From Clostridia bacterium (GTDB lineage Bacteria > Bacillota > Clostridia > Monoglobales > Monoglobaceae), in the NCBI GenBank assembly GCA_045617225.1, contig JAZLIC010000099.1, positions 1-30,898 on the forward strand: a stretch of DNA of 30,898 nt, read 5' to 3'. Below are positions 1 through 9,086 of the stretch, one piece after another. Each line of letters begins with the position of its first letter. Position 1 is the stretch's first letter. Under the pieces are notes generated by a model. The model did no database searches. It was not told the origin of the DNA and was given only the letters and a program-made list of their open reading frames with translations. Position numbers and translations under genes: made by a program.

Positions 1-595
1 TCATATACCCTGCGACAGGACTGTCAATACCGCCGCTTAAAAGAAGTGCCGCACGGCCGCTTGAACCGACAGGCATACCACCTGCACCAAGCACCTTTTC
101 GGTATATACATACGCATCTTTTCTAATCTCAATTTGCACTAAAATATCAGGATTATGCACATCGACTTTAAGGCAAGGATATGCGTCTAAAATTCGTCCG
201 CCCATCTCCATACACAGCTGCGGAGAATTGAGAGGGAACTGCTTATCCTCTCTCTTTGCTTCAACTTTAAAAGTCTTACCCTTTAAATCCATATCAGAGA
301 GGCACTCTATCGCAGTTTTCTCTATCTCGTCCAAGTCCTTTTCGCACCGTGCAACAGGACAGATATTTACTATACCGAAAACCTTTTTAAGGCGCTTAAC
401 CGCCTCTTGCATATCAATGTTATCTTCAAGAGGCTCTACATAGATTGTAGATTGAGAACGCTTTATGCTAAATCTGCCTATCTTGGATAATGCACTTGCA
501 ATATTATCGGTAAGTTTCCTTTCAAACAACGGTCTGTTGAGTCCTTTTAAGGCAATTTCACCATACTTTAATAATACCAAATCGCATTTTTTCAT
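1..595 (-). CDS. thiI: tRNA 4-thiouridine synthase ThiI, N-terminal ~198 aa (runs off the left edge; not in the ORF track)
   Basis: Manual translation from ATG at 595 (SD AAGGAG at 605-610): MKKCDLVLLKYGEIALKGLNRPLFE...GAGGMPVGSSGRAALLLSGGIDSPVAGYM. Has the ThiI N-terminal KYGEIALKG motif, a THUMP region and the PP-loop SGGIDS. Lies directly downstream of a cysteine desulfurase. Confidence 0.95.
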   Translation of the reverse strand, partial: MKKCDLVLLKYGEIALKGLNRPLFERKLTDNIASALSKIGRFSIKRSQSTIYVEPLEDNIDMQEAVKRLKKVFGIVNICPVARCEKDLDEIEKTAIECLSDMDLKGKTFKVEAKREDKQFPLNSPQLCMEMGGRILDAYPCLKVDVHNPDILVQIEIRKDAYVYTEKVLGAGGMPVGSSGRAALLLSGGIDSPVAGYM

Positions 596-610
596 TTGTA
601 CTTTCTCCTT

Positions 611-1759
611 TTAGTCAATTCCAAGCTTTCTTAAACGGCTTACGATACTTGTAAGCGCCGAAACGGTTTTATCTATCTCCTCCGGAGTTGTAAATTCCGA
701 CAAGCTAAACCTTATACTGCTTCCTATCTTCTTTTTGTCAAGTCCTATTGCCTCTAAAACATGGCTCGGCTCGCCCTTTTTATGACTGCTGCACGCACTT
801 CCGCTTGAAACATAGATATTTTCCGCTTCCAAGGAATGAAGCAGTACCTCTGCTCTGACGCCTGTAAATGAAACATTTAAAATATGAGGCGCGCATATAT
901 TTGGCGTGTTTATGGTTACGCCGGATATATTGCTTAAAATCCCCTTCGCAAGCCTGTTCCTGAGTGCGTTCATTTTAGGCACGCTGTCCATCATCTTACT
1001 TTGACACCACTGTGCGGCAACGCCAAAGCCTGCAATACCTGCCACATTCTCCGTGCCCGGTCTGAGGCCGTCCTGCTGACCGCCGCCGTAGCTGACAGGT
1101 GCAATCTTTGTGCCCTTTCTTATATACAATGCACCGACACCGTTCGGCCCGTGAATTTTATGAGCGCTAAGCGATATTAAATCCACATCAAGTTGATTTA
1201 CATTGATAGGCAGTTTGCAATATGACTGCACAGCATCAAGATGAAAATAGGCATTTGGATTTTTCTCTCGCAGCATCTTTATCATCTTTTCAATAGGCTC
1301 TATTGTGCCGATTTCGTTATTTACATGCATTGCGGTAACCAAAACGGTATCATCGCTGACAAGCCTTTCAAAGACCTCCAAGGAAACAGCTCCGCTTTTA
1401 TCAACAGGGAGAATGTCCACCTCATAGCCTCGCTTTTCCATCTCTTTAAGCGTATTCAAAACTGCCGGATGTTCCACCGTGGTGCCGATAATATGCTTAC
1501 CTCGGTTTGCCGCACACACGCCCATTATGGCAAGATTGTCCGACTCTGTACCGCCGGAGGTGAAAAATATCTCGTTCGGGTTTGCCTTTATTGTTGAGGC
1601 AATGTTTTGCTTTGCCTGCTTTACTACCTTCTCCGCATCTATACCGAGCCTGTGAAGTGACGAAGGATTGCCGTAATGATTGCTCATCACCTCTGCAACC
1701 GTATCCACCACACGCTTATACGGTCTTGTAGTAGCACTGTTATCTAAATATATATCCAT
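611..1759 (-). CDS. iscS: Cysteine desulfurase (IscS/NifS family), probable sulfur donor for ThiI
   Basis: YLDNSATT, FTSGGTESDN, DAVQS, SAHKIHGP (PLP lysine) and GSACSS (catalytic Cys). The desulfurase-thiI pair is conserved in Firmicutes. Confidence 0.93.
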   Translation of the reverse strand: MDIYLDNSATTRPYKRVVDTVAEVMSNHYGNPSSLHRLGIDAEKVVKQAKQNIASTIKANPNEIFFTSGGTESDNLAIMGVCAANRGKHIIGTTVEHPAVLNTLKEMEKRGYEVDILPVDKSGAVSLEVFERLVSDDTVLVTAMHVNNEIGTIEPIEKMIKMLREKNPNAYFHLDAVQSYCKLPINVNQLDVDLISLSAHKIHGPNGVGALYIRKGTKIAPVSYGGGQQDGLRPGTENVAGIAGFGVAAQWCQSKMMDSVPKMNALRNRLAKGILSNISGVTINTPNICAPHILNVSFTGVRAEVLLHSLEAENIYVSSGSACSSHKKGEPSHVLEAIGLDKKKIGSSIRFSLSEFTTPEEIDKTVSALTSIVSRLRKLGID

Positions 1760-1786
1760 AAAAAATCTCCATCCTTTTGATTATTT

Positions 1787-1815
1787 AGTATATCACATAT
1801 TTATTAACTTTTCAA
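1787..1815 (-). promoter_or_regulatory. sigma-A promoter for iscS-thiI
   Basis: Minus strand TTGAAA-17 bp-TATACT with extended -10 (TGA-TATACT). Confidence 0.7.
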
Positions 1816-1844
1816 CATTTTATTATATGCAAGTAATAAAGGTT

Positions 1845-1874
1845 TTGACAAAACATAATAGTTGCGTGTATAAT
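1845..1874 (+). promoter_or_regulatory. sigma-A promoter for mutS2
   Basis: Perfect TTGACA-18 bp-TATAAT upstream of SD AAGGAGG. Confidence 0.75.
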
Positions 1875-1909
1875 ATAAAAATACTAATCTGATTTAAGGA
1901 GGAAAGGAA

Positions 1910-4276
1910 ATGGAAGCTAAAACTCTTGAAACCCTTGAATTTAATAAAATCTTAAATATGCTTACAAACTACGCAAAGAATGAGCTGACTGCAAATAAGA
2001 TTTTAAAGCTTGTTCCCTCCTCCTCGTACAAGGTTGCGGAAAAATTGATGGCGGAAACAGATGCGGCAGTTATAACCGTTTTGAAATACGGCACCCCGGA
2101 AATACTCACCGTAGAAGATGTAAGCGGTATTATAAAACGCCTTAAAATGGGCGGCACCCTCTCCGCGGCAGAGCTTTTAAATACCGCACGCCTTTTTAAA
2201 GCGGCTCGTCTGCTCAAAAAATACACTCCCGAACAGGTGGGGGTTCTCTGCGAATACTTTGAGGAGCTTGTTCCAAACAAACGCCTTGAAGAAGAAATTT
2301 GTGCTTCGATTATATCCGATGAAGAAATCGCAGACAACGCAAGTTCCGCACTTTACGATATAAGGCGGAAGATACGCAATGCAGGCAATAAAATCAAGAC
2401 CACCCTTGACGGTATGGTGCGTTCCGCCCACTACCAAAAATTCTTACAGGACGCCATTGTAACGATGCGTAACAATCGTTATGTCGTGCCTGTAAAAGCA
2501 GAGTTCAGGAGCGAAATTGCCGGCATAGTACACGATATGTCATCGTCAGGCAGTACGGTCTTTATTGAGCCTGCCGGCGTTGTAAATGCCAATAATGAAT
2601 TGCACGAGCTTTCAATCAAAGAAAAGGCAGAAATCGAACGGATACTTGCAGAGCTGTCACAAAAGGTTGCAGAAGAATGTGACAACCTTAAATACACTTA
2701 TGATGCACTCATTGACATTGACTTGGTTTTTGCAAAGGCAAAGCTTGCCATTGATATGAAGGGAATTTGCCCGAAACTGAACAATGAAGGAAGGATAAAT
2801 ATTATCAAGGGCAGACACCCTTTAATTGACAAGAAAAAGATTGTACCTGTTGATGTTTCGGTAGGCACAAGCTTTGATACCCTTATCGTAACAGGTCCAA
2901 ACACAGGCGGAAAAACAGTAGTGCTTAAAACTATCGGATTGTTCTGTCTGATGGCACAAGCGGGGCTTTATATACCGGCAAGTGACGAAAGCGAAATCGC
3001 AGTATTTGAAAATATTTTTGCGGATATCGGCGACGAACAGAGCATAGAACAAAATCTTTCAACCTTTTCGTCACATATTAAGAACATCGTTTCCATCACG
3101 GAAAAAGTGGACTCCTCCTCCCTTGTTCTCTTTGACGAGTTAGGTGCCGGCACCGACCCCGTTGAAGGTGCCGCCCTTGCAATGGCTATTATAGAAAATA
3201 TGCGTGCACTTGGCGCACGAACTGTTGCGACCACGCATTACAGTGAGCTTAAACTCTACGCACTTTCGACAGAGGGCGTAGAGAATGCCTCGTGTGAATT
3301 TGATGTAAATACTCTAAGCCCCACCTACCGTCTGTTAATCGGCGTTCCGGGAAAGAGTAACGCATTTGCAATATCACAAAAGCTCGGTCTGTCAAAGCAT
3401 ATAATTGACAGGTCAAAGGAGCTTTTGTCCGATGAGGATATAAAATTTGAAGATGTAATAAGCGACTTGGAGGATAGTCGTATCACTGCCGAAAAGTTTA
3501 AAGATGAGCAAGAGCGTATGCGTCGTGAAATAGCCGACTTAAAAGCAGAGCTTGAGCGTGAGCGTGATAAGATAAATAAGCAAAAGGACAAAATATATGA
3601 CCGTGCCCGTGAAAAAGCGGAAAAGATAATCACCGACGCCCAAGAAGAAGTTGAGGAAATGCTCCTTAAACTTCGTGAGGCGCAGAAAAAGCGAAACGAC
3701 GAAGAAACAAAGCGTGCTATGGAGGAAGTACGCCGAGAGCTTGGGCTTAAAAAGAAAAGCAACGTTCCGCCAAAGAGCCGCACGCAGAAAAATCCGCATT
3801 CAAATGCAAATATTAACACTTTAAAGCTCGGTTCAAATGTCCTGATAATGGACTTAAATGACAAAGGAACTGTTGTAAGCATTAACAAAAAAGACAAGAG
3901 TGCGGTAATTCAAGTGGGGATAATGAAGATAAGTTCTTCAATTGACAATCTTTTGGTTTTAGAGGACGACAAAGGAGTTGCGCCTGACTCTTATATACCG
4001 CCGAAAAAGGGTAGCGGTATCAGGAAAGCTGCACCGAAAACCGAGGTTGACCTTCGTGGTATGATGTGTGAGGAAGCGGAGCTTGAAACCGAAAAGTTTT
4101 TAGACGAATGTGTACTCGGCGGCATTACTACCGCTTCTATTATCCACGGCAAAGGCACAGGCGCACTTAGAAGCAGTATACACGAACTTCTTAGACATCA
4201 CCCACAGGTAAAATCGTACCGCCTCGGCACTTATGGCGAAGGAGAAAACGGAGTAACCATTGTAGAGCTTAAATAA
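1910..4276 (+). CDS. mutS2: Endonuclease MutS2 (ribosome-collision/anti-recombination ATPase with Smr domain)
   Basis: TLETLEFNKI start, Walker A TGPNTGGKT, FADIGDEQSIEQNLSTFSSH, DELGAGTDP, coiled coil, KOW-like region, Smr domain (DLRG...IIHGKGTGALR). Confidence 0.97.
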   Translation: MEAKTLETLEFNKILNMLTNYAKNELTANKILKLVPSSSYKVAEKLMAETDAAVITVLKYGTPEILTVEDVSGIIKRLKMGGTLSAAELLNTARLFKAARLLKKYTPEQVGVLCEYFEELVPNKRLEEEICASIISDEEIADNASSALYDIRRKIRNAGNKIKTTLDGMVRSAHYQKFLQDAIVTMRNNRYVVPVKAEFRSEIAGIVHDMSSSGSTVFIEPAGVVNANNELHELSIKEKAEIERILAELSQKVAEECDNLKYTYDALIDIDLVFAKAKLAIDMKGICPKLNNEGRINIIKGRHPLIDKKKIVPVDVSVGTSFDTLIVTGPNTGGKTVVLKTIGLFCLMAQAGLYIPASDESEIAVFENIFADIGDEQSIEQNLSTFSSHIKNIVSITEKVDSSSLVLFDELGAGTDPVEGAALAMAIIENMRALGARTVATTHYSELKLYALSTEGVENASCEFDVNTLSPTYRLLIGVPGKSNAFAISQKLGLSKHIIDRSKELLSDEDIKFEDVISDLEDSRITAEKFKDEQERMRREIADLKAELERERDKINKQKDKIYDRAREKAEKIITDAQEEVEEMLLKLREAQKKRNDEETKRAMEEVRRELGLKKKSNVPPKSRTQKNPHSNANINTLKLGSNVLIMDLNDKGTVVSINKKDKSAVIQVGIMKISSSIDNLLVLEDDKGVAPDSYIPPKKGSGIRKAAPKTEVDLRGMMCEEAELETEKFLDECVLGGITTASIIHGKGTGALRSSIHELLRHHPQVKSYRLGTYGEGENGVTIVELK

Positions 4277-4292
4277 ACTTAACCAATCAGAA

Positions 4293-4415
4293 TTTGAATA
4301 TTTATTACGGATTTTGCGAAAAACAAATTTTTACATTGCGGTCAGTAGCGGCAGACCGAAACAGGGCTTGGACGATTATTAAGAAAAATTTGTTTTTCGC
4401 ACCTTTCTGTCTGCC
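4293..4415 (+). repeat. Structured intergenic element, copy A (REP/ERIC/MITE-like repeat or ncRNA)
   Basis: Perfect 18-bp outer inverted repeat TGCGAAAAACAAATTTTT / AAAAATTTGTTTTTCGCA encloses an inner hairpin CGGTC-agtagcggca-GACCG. Aligns end to end with the reverse complement of 10418-10538. Confidence 0.85.
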
Positions 4416-4469
4416 TAAACGCATCTTTATATAAATTTTCAAAAAAATGCAAAAACCTTTGAAAAAGTG

Positions 4470-4498
4470 TTGTATTTGCGGAAATTTAGTGTTAAAAT
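4470..4498 (+). promoter_or_regulatory. sigma-A promoter for recJ-rel operon
   Basis: TTGTAT-17 bp-TAAAAT with extended -10 (TGT-TAAAAT). Confidence 0.6.
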
Positions 4499-4553
4499 GT
4501 ATTCAGGGTTTAGTCCTCATAGATTAGTTATCAATAATTTAGGAGATATATTT

Positions 4554-6260
4554 ATGTTAAAAAAGAAGTGGATTTTAAAGGAATTCGACAAAGAACGTGT
4601 GATTGAAATGTCAAAGAAATTCGGCATTTCTCCCCTTACGGCTATCATTATGTATAACCGTGGCATACGAGAAGACGAGGCAATCGAAGCGTTTTTAAGC
4701 CGAGATTTAAGCGTGATGCACGACCCGTATCTTATCCGTGATATGGACAAGGCAGTAAAGCGCATCAAGCAGGCCCTTGAAAAAAAAGAGAAGATTACCA
4801 TATACGGCGATTATGATGTAGACGGTATTACTTCTATTGCCATTCTTTATCAACATTTAAGAGATATGGGGATTGAAGTCGGTTATTATGTGCCTGACCG
4901 TATCCAAGAAGGCTATGGCGTAAACAAAGAAGCTTTGGATAAGATTAAGGCTGACGGTACATCTTTAATCATTACGGTTGATACAGGTATCACCGCTGTG
5001 GAGGAAACCGACTACGCAAAGTCAATCGGTCTTGATGTAATTATTACCGACCACCACGAATGTAAGGAAACAATCCCGACTGCGTATGCGGCCATTGACC
5101 CCAAGCGCAAGGACTGTCCGTATCCTTTTAAAAATCTGGCAGGTGTCGGCGTTGTATTTAAGCTTATACAGGCGCTTGACGGCGGCAATTCACTTCCTGA
5201 TTTAATGGATAAATATGCTGACCTTTTATGTCTTGGTACTGTTGCGGATATTTCTCCGCTTGTTGACGAAAACCGTGTTATTGTCACGGCAGGTCTTAAT
5301 CGTTTTAAAAATACCAAAAATGTCGGACTTAAAGCACTTATAGATGTTTCGACAAACGGTAAGGCAATCACCACATCCACTATCGGATACAGTATTGCCC
5401 CACGCATAAATGCAAGCGGTCGCTTAGGCTGTGCATCAAGCAGTGTTGAGCTTTTCCTGACACAGGACGAAGCAAAGGCGAAGGAACTTGCAGATTCACT
5501 CTGCGAGGAAAATGTTCTCCGCCAACAGACAGAGCAGAAAATGTTTAAAGAAGCTCTTGAATACATCGAAAAACATCCTGAAATCAAAGAAGATAAAGTT
5601 ATCATTATTCCTCACGAAAATTGGCATCACGGTATAGTAGGTATTGTTTCTTCAAAGATTACCGAAAAATTCTATAAGCCGTCTATCCTCTTTGCAATAG
5701 ACGGTGATGAGGCAAAGGGTTCAGGTCGTAGTGTTAACGGTTTTAACCTCTTTGGTGCTTTGGAGAATTGCAGTGACCTTCTTGAAAAATTCGGCGGTCA
5801 CGAGCTTGCGGCAGGTCTTACAATTAAGACTGAAAACATTCCGGAATTCAGACAAAAAATAAACGCATCACCTGCGGCTGTTATTGACGAAAGCCTGCTT
5901 GTTCCCACCATCTCGATAGATGCCGCAATTAAGGTTGCTTACATAACTATCGAAACCGTAAATGATATAAACAAGCTCCAACCTTTCGGCGTAGAAAATC
6001 CTACTCCTGCATTTGCGGTAAAGAACATAAAAATTCACAGAATAAGTGTTATGAGCGAGGGCAAGCATCTTCGTATGACACTCTTTAAAGACGGTAAATA
6101 TTTAGATGCGGTAGGTTTTGGTATGGGAGAATACTTTAATCACCTTAAAGAAGGCGATATGATTGATGTTACATTCTCTCTGGACATCAACGATTATAAA
6201 GGCTTCCAGAATGTACAGTTAATTTTGAAAGATGTACGGCCAACCGAAGTTAAAAAATAA
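4554..6260 (+). CDS. recJ: ssDNA-specific exonuclease RecJ
   Basis: YGDYDVDG, TVDTG, TDHH, GTVAD, GSGRS and FGGHELAAG motifs. Start moved to ATG 4554, which follows SD AGGAG (the ORF track starts at 4467). Confidence 0.97.
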   Translation: MLKKKWILKEFDKERVIEMSKKFGISPLTAIIMYNRGIREDEAIEAFLSRDLSVMHDPYLIRDMDKAVKRIKQALEKKEKITIYGDYDVDGITSIAILYQHLRDMGIEVGYYVPDRIQEGYGVNKEALDKIKADGTSLIITVDTGITAVEETDYAKSIGLDVIITDHHECKETIPTAYAAIDPKRKDCPYPFKNLAGVGVVFKLIQALDGGNSLPDLMDKYADLLCLGTVADISPLVDENRVIVTAGLNRFKNTKNVGLKALIDVSTNGKAITTSTIGYSIAPRINASGRLGCASSSVELFLTQDEAKAKELADSLCEENVLRQQTEQKMFKEALEYIEKHPEIKEDKVIIIPHENWHHGIVGIVSSKITEKFYKPSILFAIDGDEAKGSGRSVNGFNLFGALENCSDLLEKFGGHELAAGLTIKTENIPEFRQKINASPAAVIDESLLVPTISIDAAIKVAYITIETVNDINKLQPFGVENPTPAFAVKNIKIHRISVMSEGKHLRMTLFKDGKYLDAVGFGMGEYFNHLKEGDMIDVTFSLDINDYKGFQNVQLILKDVRPTEVKK

Positions 6261-6271
6261 GGCGTGATTTT

Positions 6272-8452
6272 ATGACAGACGCAGTTTTAACAAAGTTATT
6301 ATCAGATATAAGAGAATATAATAAAGCAAGTGATTTGTCGGTAGTTGAAAAGGCGTATAACTATGCCCTAAGCAAGCACGAAGGACAAGTCCGTAAATCG
6401 GGTGAGCCATATGCGACTCACCCGATTCATGTTGCAGAAACACTTGCGGAAATGGAATTTGATACAGAGTCCGTTGCGGCAGGTCTTTTACATGATGTGG
6501 TTGAGGACACCGATACCACCATTGAAGAAATCGCCGCTGAATTCGGCGACTCCGTAGCCCTGCTTGTTGACGGAGTTACAAAGCTCGGTCGTATTCCCTA
6601 CACCTCTAAAGAGGAACAGCAGATAGAAAATTTAAGAAAAATGTTCTTTGCGATGGCAAAGGATGTGCGTGTTATTGTCATTAAACTTGCAGACAGGTTG
6701 CACAATATGCGCACCCTTAAATATATGCCCGAAAATAAGCAGCGCGAAATCGCAAGAGAAACTCTTGAAGTATACGCCCCTCTTGCACACCGTCTTGGTA
6801 TGTCAAAAATCAAGTGGGAGCTTGAAGATTTGTCGCTTAGATATATAGACCCTATCGGTTATTATGAGATTGTTGATAAAATCGCTCAAAAGCGTGAGGA
6901 ACGTGAAGAATATATACAAGAGATTATTTCCATTATCAAAGATAAGCTTGACTCTATGAACTTAAACGCCCACATTGAGGGCAGAGCAAAACACTTTTAC
7001 AGTATATACAGAAAGATGTTTATGCAGAACAAAACCATTGATGAGCTTTATGACCTTTTTGCAGTCCGTGTTATAGTTGACAGTGTTGCAGAATGTTACT
7101 CCGTTTTAGGCTCTGTACACGAACTTTTTAAGCCTATTCCGGGGCGTTTTAAGGATTATATCGCAATGCCGAAGCCGAATATGTATCAATCCCTTCATTC
7201 TACAATGTTTGGCCCGAACGGTACGCCGTTTGAAATACAGATAAGAACGTGGGATATGCACAACACCGCCGAGAACGGAATTGCCGCCCATTGGAAATAC
7301 AAAGAGGGCAAAAGCGGCGCATCGGATATGGACGAGAAGCTTGCCTGGATAAAGCAACTTTTGGAAATTCAGAAAGATACAACAAACGCAGAGGACTTTA
7401 TGCACACCCTGAAGATAGATATGTTCAGTGATGAAGTATTTGTCTTTACTCCAAAAGGCGATGTAAAGAGTCTGCCTGCCGGCTCTACGCCCATTGACTT
7501 TGCCTATGCTATCCATAGTGCAATCGGCAATAAGACAACAGGGGCAAAAGTAAACGGAAAGATTGTACCTCTTGATACTGCACTTAAAAACGGTGATATT
7601 GTTGATATTATTACCGTAAACGGTCACGGACCGAATTTGGATTGGCTTAAAATTTGTAAGACATCGCAAGCACGAAATAAAATAAACCAATGGTTTAAGA
7701 AAGAGAACCGTGAAGAAAATATCGAAAAGGGCAAAGACTTTTTAGAAAAGGAGCTTAAAAAATCAGGCATACCGCTCAGCATTCTTGATGACGAAAAATT
7801 TGTCACACCGCTCCTTAAAAAGTATGGCTTTAATGCCTTAGATGAGCTTTTTGCCGGCATCGGTTTCGGCAGTTTAAGTGCGTCTCGCTTTGTGACGAGA
7901 TTCAAGAACGAATGCAAAAATAAAATGCTTGAAGAACAGGTGACAAAGCCTGAATCGGTTATACCTACCGTTACAAAGGTTACTAAAAGCCAGAGTCAGT
8001 CCGGTGTCATTGTTGAAGGTATTGACAACTGCCTCATCAGATTTTCGCACTGTTGCAACCCTGTCCCGGGTGATAAAATCGTTGGATATGTTACTCGTGG
8101 CAGAGGCGTTACCATCCACCGTGCCGATTGCCTTAACATTATACAGGCAAACTCTGCCGATAATGATATACAACGCCTAATCTCAGTTCATTGGGCGGAT
8201 ACCCAGGAAAGTGCCTTCCAGACTGTCCTCGGCATTACCGCAACGGACAGAGATTTACTCCTTATAGATGTTATGGGTGTTGTAGGTGAAATGAAACTGA
8301 CCGCTATAAATGTAAACGCACGCCGTGGCAAAAATGATTTGGCACTTATTGAGCTTACATTGGAAATCAGTGACTCCGAACACTTAAAGCGTGCTATCAA
8401 CAATATTCAAAACATTGAAGGCGTTATTTCAGTTACACGACGCCGTCAGTAA
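6272..8452 (+). CDS. relA: Bifunctional (p)ppGpp synthetase/hydrolase (long RSH)
   Basis: Hydrolase motif LLHDVVEDT, KLADRLHNMRTL, synthetase motifs YQSLH and EIQIRT, TGS domain, CCNPVPGD, C-terminal ACT domain. Confidence 0.97.
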   Translation: MTDAVLTKLLSDIREYNKASDLSVVEKAYNYALSKHEGQVRKSGEPYATHPIHVAETLAEMEFDTESVAAGLLHDVVEDTDTTIEEIAAEFGDSVALLVDGVTKLGRIPYTSKEEQQIENLRKMFFAMAKDVRVIVIKLADRLHNMRTLKYMPENKQREIARETLEVYAPLAHRLGMSKIKWELEDLSLRYIDPIGYYEIVDKIAQKREEREEYIQEIISIIKDKLDSMNLNAHIEGRAKHFYSIYRKMFMQNKTIDELYDLFAVRVIVDSVAECYSVLGSVHELFKPIPGRFKDYIAMPKPNMYQSLHSTMFGPNGTPFEIQIRTWDMHNTAENGIAAHWKYKEGKSGASDMDEKLAWIKQLLEIQKDTTNAEDFMHTLKIDMFSDEVFVFTPKGDVKSLPAGSTPIDFAYAIHSAIGNKTTGAKVNGKIVPLDTALKNGDIVDIITVNGHGPNLDWLKICKTSQARNKINQWFKKENREENIEKGKDFLEKELKKSGIPLSILDDEKFVTPLLKKYGFNALDELFAGIGFGSLSASRFVTRFKNECKNKMLEEQVTKPESVIPTVTKVTKSQSQSGVIVEGIDNCLIRFSHCCNPVPGDKIVGYVTRGRGVTIHRADCLNIIQANSADNDIQRLISVHWADTQESAFQTVLGITATDRDLLLIDVMGVVGEMKLTAINVNARRGKNDLALIELTLEISDSEHLKRAINNIQNIEGVISVTRRRQ

Positions 8453-8462
8453 GGAGATTTTT

Positions 8463-9086
8463 ATGAATATTTATACTTTAAAGCTTGGTGCGTTGGAAAC
8501 CAACTGCTATATTATAGCCGACGAAGCGACAAGGGAAGCGATTATTATTGACGCTCCTGACCATCCGGAAAAAATTGTTGATTTTCTCAAAGGTCACGAT
8601 TTAAAGCCTGTCAAAATCATCTTAACGCACGGGCATTTTGACCATATACTTGCTCTCGGCAAGCTAAAAGAGATGCTTAACATTCCTGCTTTTATACACA
8701 AAAACGGAGAAGCATTTTTGACCGACTGCCTGCTTAATTTAACCCATTATGTAAACATCGAATTCACACCGCCTAAGGTTGACGGATTTTTAAACGATGG
8801 TGATATTATCACATTTGGCGATACAAAAATCAAGGTTATTCACACCCCCGGACATACCTCGGATTGTATCTGCCTTAGCTTTGATGATATTTTAATAAGC
8901 GGAGATACACTGTTTTATCGCAGCGTCGGCAGAGTTGACCACCCAACCGGTAATATGCGTGAGGAGATAAACTCCATTAAGGAAAAGCTCTTTGTCTTAG
9001 ATGACAATACAAAGGTATATCCGGGGCACGGACCGTCTACAACAATCGGTGAGGAAAGAAGGGAAAACCCATATCTGATATTTTAA
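8463..9086 (+). CDS. MBL-fold metallo-hydrolase (glyoxalase II/YcbL-like)
   Basis: THGHFDH, HTPGHT, SGDTLF and PGHG motifs. Start at ATG 8463 after SD AAGGAG. Confidence 0.92.
   Translation: MNIYTLKLGALETNCYIIADEATREAIIIDAPDHPEKIVDFLKGHDLKPVKIILTHGHFDHILALGKLKEMLNIPAFIHKNGEAFLTDCLLNLTHYVNIEFTPPKVDGFLNDGDIITFGDTKIKVIHTPGHTSDCICLSFDDILISGDTLFYRSVGRVDHPTGNMREEINSIKEKLFVLDDNTKVYPGHGPSTTIGEERRENPYLIF

Noticed and set aside
4293-4415. Element as 6S RNA, hammerhead ribozyme or T-box
   Set aside because: No CUGAUGA core, and the GAAA is not conserved in copy B. No T-box sequence. An uninterrupted A/T-rich outer stem does not match the 6S central-bubble layout.
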